DNA of 64,000 nucleotides, from IMG/VR virus record IMGVR_UViG_3300026274_000001. One strand, 5' to 3'. A model generated the notes under the pieces. That model ran no database searches. It was not told where the DNA came from and worked only from the letters and a program-made list of their open reading frames with translations. The DNA comes from a virus. Below are positions 47,963 through 57,130 of this stretch, one piece after another; within the stretch, counting starts at the first letter, position 1; the number at the start of each line of letters is the position of its first letter. Both the position numbers and the translations under genes were made by a program.

Positions 47963-48424
47963 GTGCGTATCATGGGTGAACGATTGGGTGCGGAAATTGC
48001 AGGTGGTGTGGTCGGCGGCGCCGTGTTCTTCGCTGGATGGGGCCTGGCAAAACTGCTTACCGCTCCCTTCCGTCATTCCCATAACGCAATGAAGAACGAA
48101 ATCCACGCTAGTCAAGAACGAGTGTCCCAAACTCGAACAGTGACGAAGACATGTTTCTTCTTCCAAGCAACGCAAAACACCCAAGAGTACGACGAATACG
48201 ATATCGGTAATATGATCGAAGCAGATCAGAAATGGAAAGCTGATGCACCCCGTCGTCAAGCAGATGCAGAACTCAACATGGTGTTCGCCCATGCAAGAGA
48301 ACAACAAATCCAAGCAGAAGGCGGATACCCGTGGCAACGTCAAGCAGCTTGGGATGCTGAAAAGGCAAGAAAACAAGCAATCAGGAAAGAAAAAGGCTGG
48401 ATCGTAGCACTGTTCGCAAAGTAA
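47963..48424 (+). CDS. hypothetical protein with N-terminal TM
   Basis: Gly-rich hydrophobic segment then charged helix. Confidence 0.65.
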   Translation: MRIMGERLGAEIAGGVVGGAVFFAGWGLAKLLTAPFRHSHNAMKNEIHASQERVSQTRTVTKTCFFFQATQNTQEYDEYDIGNMIEADQKWKADAPRRQADAELNMVFAHAREQQIQAEGGYPWQRQAAWDAEKARKQAIRKEKGWIVALFAK

Positions 48425-48564
48425 TTCGTAGCATCGAAGACCTCCTAGCTTCCGGACCATTACGGATTACTCAGGAGGTCTTCACCATTCAATCCACCCT
48501 CACTAAAATCTTTCACGAATCCTTCAGGAACATTCATGGAGGTTAATGATAGCTCTCTTTACTA

Positions 48565-48588
48565 TGACGAAACCCAGGGAGAACTATC
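48565..48588 (+). repeat. 24-nt intergenic motif, copy 2
   Basis: TGACGAAACCCAGGGAGAACTATC, 22/24 identical to 11622-11645. Confidence 0.8.
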
Positions 48589-48674
48589 AATTCTGGTCGA
48601 CATAAACTATGTGTTCTCTCATACGCCATAAGCCATAAATATCCGTTGGGAGATTGTAACCCTCAGGAGAACAT

Positions 48675-49031
48675 ATGGAAGCAGGAACTACACTAGACAA
48701 CCTCGTTGCCACCGAAGTATTTGGCTATGTGGTTGTTATCGATACCCAAAGTGGCGAGAATTATATCATGGGAAAAGATCACGTCAAGATTGATCTGCCC
48801 AAGTACAGTGAAGATATTGAACAGGCTTATAAGATAACTGAACATCTTTATAAGTCTGGTTGGAATCTAAGTGTTAAGAACGAAATCATAGAAGGCCACA
48901 ATCGCTGGCTAACAGCCTTCGTGAAGCAAGATGGTCGCCAGTACTTGCCCAGCTTGGCAGACAGCCTAGCAGTCGCCATATGCAAGGCAGGGGTAGCCGC
49001 AGCGATAGGACAGAACATTCGTAAAAGCTAA
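48675..49031 (+). CDS. phage ABA-sandwich-like domain protein
   Basis: LDNLVATEVFG...PKYSEDIEQA...LAVAICKA; AGGAG RBS. Confidence 0.7.
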   Translation: MEAGTTLDNLVATEVFGYVVVIDTQSGENYIMGKDHVKIDLPKYSEDIEQAYKITEHLYKSGWNLSVKNEIIEGHNRWLTAFVKQDGRQYLPSLADSLAVAICKAGVAAAIGQNIRKS

Positions 49032-49038
49032 GTCATAG

Positions 49039-49068
49039 AAAGAGCGAGACCATGGTCTCGCTCTTTTC
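49039..49068. terminator. bidirectional intrinsic terminator
   Basis: AAAGAGCGAGACCATGGTCTCGCTCTTTT. Confidence 0.85.
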
Positions 49069-49536
49069 TTATTCAGCGTCGTCTATGTCATCCCCACAAC
49101 ACAGCCGCTCGATCAGAAGATAATTCTCATATGCTTCCTTGAGTGCCGGATAGTGTTCATGTTTGTCTAGTGCTGGTTCCAATATACACATACGGCGTTT
49201 CATGATCTTCATGAATTCAACCGCATCCACGACTTCATCTACCGAAACCTTTTTCGTCCCAGCAGCATTATTGAATGTAATTTGGCCACTCATGGCATTA
49301 TTGACATATTGAGTAGTAGCAATTTGCGTACCAGTAAAAACAGGATTTGCGAGATATGAGCCACTCGATGCCAGTGGTACCCATCTGGTTCCATCCCATA
49401 CTTCTTGATTGCCATTATTGTAATAGATGTCACCCGCTCGTGGATTAGATGATCGAGCACTTGTTGATGCTCCTGATCCAGCCATTCCTGAGAAACCACC
49501 TTGAGTCATTGGATTAATATTATAGTTTGTCGACAT
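49069..49536 (-). CDS. hypothetical protein with fibre-like motifs
   Basis: GDIYYN...VWDGTRW, LANPVFTG, C-terminal YPALKEAYENY. Confidence 0.7.
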   Translation of the reverse strand: MSTNYNINPMTQGGFSGMAGSGASTSARSSNPRAGDIYYNNGNQEVWDGTRWVPLASSGSYLANPVFTGTQIATTQYVNNAMSGQITFNNAAGTKKVSVDEVVDAVEFMKIMKRRMCILEPALDKHEHYPALKEAYENYLLIERLCCGDDIDDAE

Positions 49537-49649
49537 ATTTTGCCTTCCTTGTTGATAATGTTATTGTACACATCATAAGCAGAAAGCAGTAATTGTGGCG
49601 CCGTATAAATCAGGTGACTAACAATAAGAATAAAAACAAAGATAGCTCA

Positions 49650-50162
49650 ATGAATACAACAATCATTTCCAGTAGCCTGAGAAAGACATCAAGCTCGAAC
49701 AAACTGGCATTCTATATAAACTTACGTGGTGAGCATATTGAAGCTCTAAATCTCAAAGAGAACAGAAACGTAGAAGTAACTAAAAATGGCGACCGATATA
49801 AGGTACGATTTCTAGCAAAGCCAACAGCACGATCTAGGGCACTACAATTCAAGACCGACCAGGGTGCATCTGTATATTTTGCACCAGAACTGTTCAAACT
49901 TAATCACACTGAGCAAGTGGCTGCCTTCCGTATGGAAGCAGAATATGTGGAGAACAGTATTGAATTTTTATTTGATCAAGAAGAATTCTTTAAACCACGA
50001 GCCACAGTTGCCGAGACTAAAAAGATTACTACTCCAGAAGAGAAAGCAGCCGCAACCTTTAAGGTGGATACAGCTTGGGCGGTAAAGGTGCAAGCTGAAA
50101 TTGACGAGAAGATCGATGCATTAATTGCCAGTTCAATGAAGAAGAAATTTGAAGGTCGTTAA
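49650..50162 (+). CDS. hypothetical protein
   Basis: ORF coupled (TAATG) to next gene. Confidence 0.65.
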   Translation: MNTTIISSSLRKTSSSNKLAFYINLRGEHIEALNLKENRNVEVTKNGDRYKVRFLAKPTARSRALQFKTDQGASVYFAPELFKLNHTEQVAAFRMEAEYVENSIEFLFDQEEFFKPRATVAETKKITTPEEKAAATFKVDTAWAVKVQAEIDEKIDALIASSMKKKFEGR

Positions 50163-50878
50163 TGCCATCATCAGAACAACTTCAATCTATCGCTCAACAA
50201 GTAGCAGTACATGCCAAGTACATCACCGACTTCCAACGCACGTTTGATTACGGTGAAGTTAAATTATATTCCGAGACTGCTGGTAAATTAGTAAGTCCTC
50301 CTGATAAGCTTCGAAGACTTAACGATTTCCTTGCCGCCGCGTATGCCCACGCAATCGCCATATATGCAGATAGTGGTGACGATTGTATCGATCAATTTGG
50401 CAATGCAATCGAATTGAAACTCGCCTTTATCAAGGGTAAGGACATGCGAATGGGTAACAGTGGTAAAGCAATTGTTACCGGAGCGGGATCAGTCAGCTTC
50501 ACTCATGCAGTCAATGCCAAATTTCGAGTCTACAGTGGTACCGACAAGCAACATCATAACAAAGACACCGCACTGGTGTTGATGAGCTTAGACCATAATT
50601 GTTTCATCTCTGGGTTTATGCTTCCTGGTGAAGTCATTACTGACTTAGTTCATAGTGACACGAAAAATACGGTGCAACGTGATGTCTCTCTCAATTCTTT
50701 CATAAAATATGGTTATGAATTTGCCAGTAGTGTTCCCCATATTGGTTGGGGTGAATACTATGAAGCACTGCGCAACTTTATCAATGCGAAAGAAAAGAGA
50801 TCACCAGAAGATGAGTGGGCCGCTGCCTATGCGAAATGGGTTAGTTTTGCGGACGAACGTAATTTGAAGCGTTTGTGA
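50162..50878 (+). CDS. hypothetical protein, possible PD-(D/E)xK nuclease
   Basis: GDDCIDQFGNAIELK resembles a D...ExK core. Confidence 0.5.
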   Translation: MPSSEQLQSIAQQVAVHAKYITDFQRTFDYGEVKLYSETAGKLVSPPDKLRRLNDFLAAAYAHAIAIYADSGDDCIDQFGNAIELKLAFIKGKDMRMGNSGKAIVTGAGSVSFTHAVNAKFRVYSGTDKQHHNKDTALVLMSLDHNCFISGFMLPGEVITDLVHSDTKNTVQRDVSLNSFIKYGYEFASSVPHIGWGEYYEALRNFINAKEKRSPEDEWAAAYAKWVSFADERNLKRL

Positions 50879-50886
50879 CTCTGTGT

Positions 50887-50894
50887 TATAAATA
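50887..50894 (+). promoter_or_regulatory. T4-like late promoter
   Basis: Exact TATAAATA about 95 nt upstream of hsp20. Confidence 0.65.
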
Positions 50895-50897
50895 GAT

Positions 50898-50989
50898 TTG
50901 TAGGCGCTCACGATGAGTCCTACAACTGGCAGCCCAATGTGGTGCCAAATTTAACATAATAAAACTCGCTTAATTAAGGAGCATATATG
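50898..50989 (+). promoter_or_regulatory. ROSE-like RNA thermometer 5'UTR
   Basis: Two upstream hairpins, then CTCGCTT-AATT-AAGGAG pairing over the SD. Confidence 0.6.
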
Positions 50990-51394
50990 CCTTCAGATCT
51001 ATTCGATCGTCTTTTCCGTTCAACTATTGGTTTTGATTCATTAACCAACTTCGTCTCAACTCTCGACGTCTCCAACTATCCTCCGTACAACATTGAAAAG
51101 GTTGATGACCAACCGTTGTATGTAGTCACTATGGCAGTAGCAGGCTTTAGTAAGACTGAACTAGAGGTATCACTAGTTGATAATTTGCTAGTGATCAAGG
51201 GTGAAAAGAAAGCAACGCCGGAAGTAAAAAAAGAAATGCTACATCACGGATTGGCTTTCCGTAATTTCAAACGTGAATGGCAACTTGGTAAGAACGTCGA
51301 AGTAGAAAACGTATCACTTGTTGATGGCTTACTGGTAGTCGTCATCAAAGAGAACGAACCTGAGTACAAAACGAAGAAATTCGATATCAATTAA
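50987..51394 (+). CDS. small heat shock protein Hsp20 (IbpA-like)
   Basis: IGFD, NYPPYNIEK, MAVAGF, HHGLAFRNF, LVDGLL. Confidence 0.93.
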   Translation: MPSDLFDRLFRSTIGFDSLTNFVSTLDVSNYPPYNIEKVDDQPLYVVTMAVAGFSKTELEVSLVDNLLVIKGEKKATPEVKKEMLHHGLAFRNFKREWQLGKNVEVENVSLVDGLLVVVIKENEPEYKTKKFDIN

Positions 51395-51413
51395 TTGATA
51401 GTTTGACTCAAAA

Positions 51414-51439
51414 GAAACCCCGGTCTTTACTGGGGTTTC
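51414..51439 (+). terminator. putative terminator
   Basis: GAAACCCC...GGGGTTTC stem. Confidence 0.6.
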
Positions 51440-51507
51440 GTTATTTCTACGATACTTATTGCGATATGGCAATGCCATAGTTAGACTTGGCATAGGAGAT
51501 TTTAACT

Positions 51508-52080
51508 ATGCATCGCATCTGTTTTATTGGCAACGCGGGTTCTGGCAAGACTACCCTAACTGCTGATGTATTCGTAGCACTGAAAAAGCAACATAAGAAC
51601 GCTGAACAAGTTCCTGAATTCATTCGATCAGACATTCAAAAGAATGGTCCTATGCGTAGCATTTGGGAACAGTATCGAACACGTAGCAAGCAAAAAGAGC
51701 TTGAGGACAACACGCCAGAAGTTGACTTCATGGTTACTGATAGTGGCATTCTGACGCCATACTTCTACGCTTGTCTGTATTCAGATAAGGCTGATCCACG
51801 TTCACGTCTTGTATTGTGCGACATGCACAATTATCTGCTGGAAGATTTGTACAACCGCAGATATTCCCATATCTTCTATTTGCCAATGGCAGAAACCTAT
51901 GCCAAGAATCCAAAGATTCTGCAGGATGGTACTCGCTATCAAACAGTAGAAGAAATTCAAGCACTTGAGGCACACTTCAGCCTTGTATTCACTCAACACC
52001 ACAACCTTGACAACATCTATGTTCTTGACTGTCCCTTGGAAGACAGACTGAACACAGTACTGGAAATAATCACAAAATGA
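51508..52080 (+). CDS. P-loop ATPase/kinase, NadR/Ttd14 (AAA_28)-like
   Basis: GNAGSGKTT, VPEFIR, VTDS, QDGTR. Confidence 0.8.
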   Translation: MHRICFIGNAGSGKTTLTADVFVALKKQHKNAEQVPEFIRSDIQKNGPMRSIWEQYRTRSKQKELEDNTPEVDFMVTDSGILTPYFYACLYSDKADPRSRLVLCDMHNYLLEDLYNRRYSHIFYLPMAETYAKNPKILQDGTRYQTVEEIQALEAHFSLVFTQHHNLDNIYVLDCPLEDRLNTVLEIITK

Positions 52081-52406
52081 GTTACAACCTTTTCATCGAC
52101 CCAACCAAAGAACCACAACGCGACGGCAAAAAGTGGCAAACGGCTCGAAGCACAATTGCTGCTGAAAATATTATGAAGCAACTGGGTGCCCCACTGGCAA
52201 TCTCAGTCAACTACGATCTTGGTAAGAACGAACCATATGGTGCTGAAATTGCTCGTTGGTTGGTACAACTGGATCTAAATTACAGCATTCTTAGCCATGA
52301 TCTTGATATTGAAATTCATGGTGGTAGCGTAGTTGACGCAACGAATATGAAGACCATTCTGCGCAACTACTTGAAGTTTAAGTTCAAGGAAAAAGTAACT
52401 GCTTGA
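52077..52406 (+). CDS. cyclic-phosphate processing receiver-like domain protein (degenerate)
   Basis: LFIDP...W-x-x-ARS...ISVNYDLG...G-x-x-IARWL...IH. Confidence 0.6.
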   Translation: MSYNLFIDPTKEPQRDGKKWQTARSTIAAENIMKQLGAPLAISVNYDLGKNEPYGAEIARWLVQLDLNYSILSHDLDIEIHGGSVVDATNMKTILRNYLKFKFKEKVTA

Positions 52407-52431
52407 CAGGTTGCCATATAGGCAATAAACT
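52403..52431 (+). promoter_or_regulatory. sigma70-like promoter with TTGCC...GGCAA palindrome in the spacer
   Basis: TTGACA-GGTTGCCATATAGGCAA-TAAACT (17-nt spacer). Confidence 0.75.
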
Positions 52432-52457
52432 GGCGACTTTAGTACACCAAATTCAAT

Positions 52458-52751
52458 ATGACTACAGCAACGAAAACCACAACCAAGACTCGTTTCAAAG
52501 AGATTTCAATGTTCCAAGTGCTATTGCACAATGATGACTATACTCCTATGGAGTTCGTGTCTGAGGTGCTGATGCAATTCTTTGGCAAGAACAAAGATGA
52601 TGCTGATGCGATCATGCTTACGATCCATGAAAAAGGTATGGGTGTTGCTGGTGTGTACACGAAGGAGATTGCAATGCAGAAAGCAACCGAGACAATGAAG
52701 ACTGCAAAAATGTATGGCCACCCGTTGAAGGCTTCCGTTAAAGAAGCTTAA
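52458..52751 (+). CDS. clpS: ATP-dependent Clp protease adaptor ClpS
   Basis: VLLHNDDYTPMEFV, IMLTIHEKG, GVYTKEIA, HPL. Confidence 0.93.
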   Translation: MTTATKTTTKTRFKEISMFQVLLHNDDYTPMEFVSEVLMQFFGKNKDDADAIMLTIHEKGMGVAGVYTKEIAMQKATETMKTAKMYGHPLKASVKEA

Positions 52752-52770
52752 ACAAATCGAGCCTAAATAA

Positions 52771-52802
52771 AAGAGCTGAATATTTAGTTATTCAGCTCTT
52801 TT
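52771..52802 (+). terminator. intrinsic terminator
   Basis: AAGAGCTGAATA...TATTCAGCTCTTTT. Confidence 0.8.
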
Positions 52803-52865
52803 ACATTTTGCGTATTAAACGGGATACGACTATAATAAAGAAATTACCGTTGGATAATAAAAATA

Positions 52866-54374
52866 ATGATAAAACACCCGAAAGGATATGCCGCGTTTAC
52901 TCCGAGCATATCCCAGATGTATGTATTGGCGCATGCTAAAGAATGGCCCCGTCAACCCCTACCTTTTGGTCCCTTGGATTTCCTAGATCCGAAAAATGCC
53001 GATCTCTTTCACCATCAGTTTGCTCTTTATTCTGCTGGCCACGCTTATTTGGATCCAGCAAAAAGCGATGAGAAAGAACCTATGGTGCAATTGCGCGACC
53101 GTTCAAAGACCGTAATGGTCGGTGATTCGGGTGGGTTCCAGGCAGCAACTGGCGTTCTAGACTTTGATTGGAAAAATCCACTCGGTGAGAAAGCAAATGA
53201 GCAGCGTCTCGCATTGATGAATTGGCTTGAGCATACAGCTGATTACAGTATGATTCTAGACTGGCCAGCATGGGCGATTACTGCTGGTAAGGCACTATTG
53301 CCTGAACAATTATTCCACTTTGACCCCTCGACTGGTGAACCAAGTCAAGACGTGTTCAGGAACTGTCTGAATGGTACAGTATGGAATAATGAATTCTTCA
53401 TGAAGCATAGAACACCAGGTAAGACAAAGTTCCTGAATGTTTTGCAAGGTCGCAGCATTGAGGAAACTAATATTTGGTTTGATGCTGTTACACCATTCAG
53501 TGACACCAAGAAGTACGGCGATCGCGCATTCGAGGGCTGGGCACTTGGAGGTTCAACGGGAGGCGATCCAGCGGTCACCATGCGTCTGCTGATTAAGTTG
53601 CGGGATAAGGGACTACTTGACGGTGACGATCGCTGGATTCACGTCCTAGGGCGTTCACGTCTTACAACTGCTGCTTACTTGACTTCAGTCAATCGCGCAC
53701 TGACGGAATTTGTCAATCCAAATATTCAAGTAAGTTATGATGCAGCCAGTGCATTTTTGTATGCAGTGAATGGCAATTATGTTGTAGATTGGCAAGTCAA
53801 TGATAAGAGCTTGAATCTTATCAGTACTGAATTCCCAATGCATGAGAAATATATTGGTAGCGATACTCCATTCATCTATAACGGCGTGAAGTCAGATCGA
53901 TTGCATTCAGCAGAACACTATAAGAGTCCAATCAGCAAGCAATTGAAGATGGGTGATTTTATTCTTCAAGCAGAACCTGATGCAAAGAAGAAATATCGTA
54001 TGGATACTGCCAGCTATTTTTACATCATGGCGCACAATGTTCAAATGCAAATTGCCGCTATCAATGATGTATCGGAAAAGATGGCTAGTCCTGATGCAGC
54101 AAATCACGTACCGACAATCTTTATTGAATTTGATGAATTTGTACGTGAGTTGTTTGTGACCGAAAAGCCATTCGAATTAATTGATAAGCATGCAAATAAA
54201 TTCAGTAACTTGATTTCTGGTGAGCGTCCTGGCGTTAGCGCAATGGAAGACCCTATTTTGTTCCCTAAAGAACTAAAGACCATGGAAGAGATTGAAGATC
54301 GAGTTCGACGCAAGAAACCAGTTAAGGTAGTTCCAAAGAAGATGGAAAGTTTGTTGAGTAACATTCTCAAGTAA
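52866..54374 (+). CDS. tRNA-guanine transglycosylase/DpdA-like protein
   Basis: GDSGGFQ, LDWP, LNVLQG, GWALGG, HVLG, SYDAAS, HN motifs of the TGT fold. Confidence 0.8.
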   Translation: MIKHPKGYAAFTPSISQMYVLAHAKEWPRQPLPFGPLDFLDPKNADLFHHQFALYSAGHAYLDPAKSDEKEPMVQLRDRSKTVMVGDSGGFQAATGVLDFDWKNPLGEKANEQRLALMNWLEHTADYSMILDWPAWAITAGKALLPEQLFHFDPSTGEPSQDVFRNCLNGTVWNNEFFMKHRTPGKTKFLNVLQGRSIEETNIWFDAVTPFSDTKKYGDRAFEGWALGGSTGGDPAVTMRLLIKLRDKGLLDGDDRWIHVLGRSRLTTAAYLTSVNRALTEFVNPNIQVSYDAASAFLYAVNGNYVVDWQVNDKSLNLISTEFPMHEKYIGSDTPFIYNGVKSDRLHSAEHYKSPISKQLKMGDFILQAEPDAKKKYRMDTASYFYIMAHNVQMQIAAINDVSEKMASPDAANHVPTIFIEFDEFVRELFVTEKPFELIDKHANKFSNLISGERPGVSAMEDPILFPKELKTMEEIEDRVRRKKPVKVVPKKMESLLSNILK

Positions 54375-54706
54375 TGTTCAAATTCAACATTACGAGCAAG
54401 GAGACAAACTACGGTGAATTATCGTCGTGGTTTGCCGCCAGAGACGCCAAATATGAATTTGCTTTTATTGATGTCAATGATTGGATGCATCATAAAAGCT
54501 ATCAGCTTTATGATATTGCCATTTATGATGAGCATGTGGCAGTTGAATTTAGGCTCACGTTTGGTGCTAATGTGGGCGAATCTCACAGACATCGAGCACT
54601 TGATTTGGAAGCCGAAATGACTGCTGCACTTTCAGTTGACCTTGCTAACGCAATTGATGAAGAAATTTATCAAGAATTACTGGCTGCTTGTGCAAAGAAA
54701 CAGTAA
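54374..54706 (+). CDS. FKLxW-family protein (array C) with C-terminal capsid-like helix
   Basis: SWF...HVAVEFRLTF then LDLEAEMTAALSVDLANAIDEEI. Confidence 0.75.
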   Translation: MFKFNITSKETNYGELSSWFAARDAKYEFAFIDVNDWMHHKSYQLYDIAIYDEHVAVEFRLTFGANVGESHRHRALDLEAEMTAALSVDLANAIDEEIYQELLAACAKKQ

Positions 54707-54951
54707 TGGCTGAATTTTTTATTGCCAAAGCCAATTACGACAATACCGCCATTGTTACTTGGTTGGAAGAGCAAGGATGTTCCCACTATGCTCTATTGTT
54801 GGAAGCGACCTGGGCAACGGAGAGTACAGTTTACGGCTTTAATTCATACAGCTTGAGATCGGGGGTGGTGGTCGGTATTTACGACCCCACGATAGCGATG
54901 ATGTTCAAGCTGAGATTTGATGCCAAAGAAAGAGCATCATTAAACAATTAA
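54706..54951 (+). CDS. FKLxW-family small protein (array C)
   Basis: TWL...TIAMMFKLRF. Confidence 0.75.
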   Translation: MAEFFIAKANYDNTAIVTWLEEQGCSHYALLLEATWATESTVYGFNSYSLRSGVVVGIYDPTIAMMFKLRFDAKERASLNN

Positions 54952-55229
54952 TGTGGCCAACACATATGATTTCTTTCTACTCCATCCCAGGTAGTAGATA
55001 TGACGAATTTGGTATGTTTGCTTGGTTAAATGCAAACTGCGATAAGAAAGATTGGCAATGTTATGGCATGCAATTGCTTGGCATCTATCCGCAAGCTAGT
55101 GTGAACATACCCATTCATGCTTGGACTTTACACGATGACGATGTGGCATTGATGTTCAAGATCGTATTCAGTGCACTTCTGCATACCACACCTGAATCCA
55201 TTCACGATGCATATGTGAATCATTACTGA
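54951..55229 (+). CDS. FKLxW-family small protein (array C)
   Basis: AWL...DVALMFKIVF. Confidence 0.75.
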   Translation: MWPTHMISFYSIPGSRYDEFGMFAWLNANCDKKDWQCYGMQLLGIYPQASVNIPIHAWTLHDDDVALMFKIVFSALLHTTPESIHDAYVNHY

Positions 55230-55230
55230 T

Positions 55231-55509
55231 ATGAATAAATTTTACTGTATGGCGCGTGGCCAATCTCAAGTACTTGAGGACTGGTTGATTGACAATGGCA
55301 CTGGTTATGATTGGAGTATTCATCAAACTATGATATCGAATATTGTTGATGATTCTGACATTCCAAACAACTTTGCGAATGTGTATATGATAGCCGACGA
55401 TCAATTTGCTATGATGTTCAAGATCATGTTTGCTGATGTAGTGTATGACACTCCTAAAGCATTTGGTGACTTCATTGTGCAAAAACGGCTATTAATGAAT
55501 ATTGTATGA
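55231..55509 (+). CDS. FKLxW-family small protein (array C)
   Basis: DWL...QFAMMFKIMF. Confidence 0.75.
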   Translation: MNKFYCMARGQSQVLEDWLIDNGTGYDWSIHQTMISNIVDDSDIPNNFANVYMIADDQFAMMFKIMFADVVYDTPKAFGDFIVQKRLLMNIV

Positions 55510-55751
55510 ACCGCGTAAACGTTTATACCCCTTTGACTGATGGTAAAGAACTTGCGATTGATCAATGGATGGCTGAGCGTCAATGTGTCAATTATATAAT
55601 CACGTCCAAATTCGCTGGGTGGCATGGCTCGCGTACTGGAGTAATACTTGAATTATGGGTAGTAATGCCACCAGAACATGTGTTGGATTTCCTACTGACA
55701 TTTGAATCTAGGTTGGCAACACCAAAACGTCGTGATTTAGAAATTCTTTGA
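55506..55751 (+). CDS. FKLxW-family small protein (array C, divergent)
   Basis: QWM...EHVLDFLLTF. Confidence 0.65.
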   Translation: MNRVNVYTPLTDGKELAIDQWMAERQCVNYIITSKFAGWHGSRTGVILELWVVMPPEHVLDFLLTFESRLATPKRRDLEIL

Positions 55752-55815
55752 CTATCAGTTAACAAATAGATTTTTGACCAATATCACTTATAATACGAAC
55801 AACTAAGGAAAAGAA

Positions 55816-56079
55816 ATGGCATTTATGTACAAAGGTGCACCAGGACAACAACAACATGTCAAACCTGGTGTTGAAATTCAAGCATTCGAATTGCACAAGC
55901 GCTACACTGAACTAGGGTGGCAAATCTTGGACAGTTCGTATTCAGCTGCTCGTCGAATCATGACTTTCTCGTTTGAAGGGAAAGAATTGGTACACATCAC
56001 TGATGAAGACCAGAACAGTTTTACCATGTTTACCTGGCCGGGTTGGTATCTCGTCGGCGCACCACACGCAACCAAGTAA
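55816..56079 (+). CDS. hypothetical protein (not a family member)
   Basis: AAGGA RBS. Confidence 0.65.
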   Translation: MAFMYKGAPGQQQHVKPGVEIQAFELHKRYTELGWQILDSSYSAARRIMTFSFEGKELVHITDEDQNSFTMFTWPGWYLVGAPHATK

Positions 56080-56083
56080 AGCT

Positions 56084-56350
56084 ATGGCTCCTTGGGAAGA
56101 AGGGCTGTATGTCATGCGACTGGATGCTGGTGAGACTCGCAACAGTAGGGCTCTGCATGCCTCTGTGGATCGGTGGTTTACTGATAATGAGGTGAATCAA
56201 TGGTTTTTAACGGTAGTATCAAAACCCACTGATGCACCAAACTATTCACGCCATCGAGCATACGAATTGGAAGTATCAGTTTATTATGAAGAAGAAGCAC
56301 TGAAATTTATGTTAGCCTTTGGTGCCAAATTACATAGGACGCCCCTGTGA
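56084..56350 (+). CDS. FKLxW-family small protein (array C)
   Basis: RWF...EEALKFMLAF. Confidence 0.75.
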   Translation: MAPWEEGLYVMRLDAGETRNSRALHASVDRWFTDNEVNQWFLTVVSKPTDAPNYSRHRAYELEVSVYYEEEALKFMLAFGAKLHRTPL

Positions 56351-56607
56351 CCTCGTTCTTCACTCTCGATTTCAAGTTTGGTAAATTTGATAATGAATTT
56401 CAAGATAAGCTAACTGAGATTCGTGAATGGTTTGTAACCAGTAATATGCCCGAAACCATTTGGGGATATTCCACAGTACAGCATCCGGGTACTTTTTATA
56501 TTCACTTACAAATTATAGTTGATGCCGAACTTGCTGCTTTGCAGTTCAAGCTTGCTTGGGCTGATTATATATTACCAGATTTCATGAGAACTTCCAGTGA
56601 TGCATAA
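56347..56607 (+). CDS. FKLxW-family small protein (array C)
   Basis: EWF...LAALQFKLAW. Confidence 0.75.
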   Translation: MTSFFTLDFKFGKFDNEFQDKLTEIREWFVTSNMPETIWGYSTVQHPGTFYIHLQIIVDAELAALQFKLAWADYILPDFMRTSSDA

Positions 56608-56830
56608 ATTCAGAATGCGACTTGATCCGGTCTATGATCAAGACTATGTTACTCGTAACGATCAAATCACCACTTGGTTTCGAGAGCGGAATGTGACTAT
56701 TGATCAATGGCGTGGTGGAATGATCGTTGATCCCAAGACATTCGCAGTAGTAATGACGGTCTTTATCAACGATGACTTACTGGCAATGCAATTCAAGCTT
56801 ACTTGGTCTGAAGACCTAATTACTGATTGA
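56600..56830 (+). CDS. FKLxW-family small protein (array C)
   Basis: TWF...LLAMQFKLTW. Confidence 0.75.
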   Translation: MHKFRMRLDPVYDQDYVTRNDQITTWFRERNVTIDQWRGGMIVDPKTFAVVMTVFINDDLLAMQFKLTWSEDLITD

Positions 56831-57126
56831 TGCTACCTGCTGATATGACCGTGCTGTATTCACATAGGTTAATACGTCGACTTATGATAGTTGATTGGCT
56901 ACTTGAACATGCTGATACAAAATCGTGGGATTGGAACTCGGTCGCACTTATTGATGTCTATCCAGACAGTGTGCTCGAATCACGGATGATTTACGTTTGG
57001 TGTATTGACGACAATAATATTGCTATGCAAGTGAAACTTATCTTCAGCGACGAATTGTTCTCCCAACCAAAAAGTGTTCATGATCAACTAGTCAGTATCC
57101 GCAGAGCCGCTGGATTCCCTTGGTAA
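56830..57126 (+). CDS. FKLxW-family small protein (array C)
   Basis: DWL...NIAMQVKLIF; closest to 54951-55229. Confidence 0.75.
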   Translation: MLPADMTVLYSHRLIRRLMIVDWLLEHADTKSWDWNSVALIDVYPDSVLESRMIYVWCIDDNNIAMQVKLIFSDELFSQPKSVHDQLVSIRRAAGFPW

Positions 57127-57130
57127 CATA

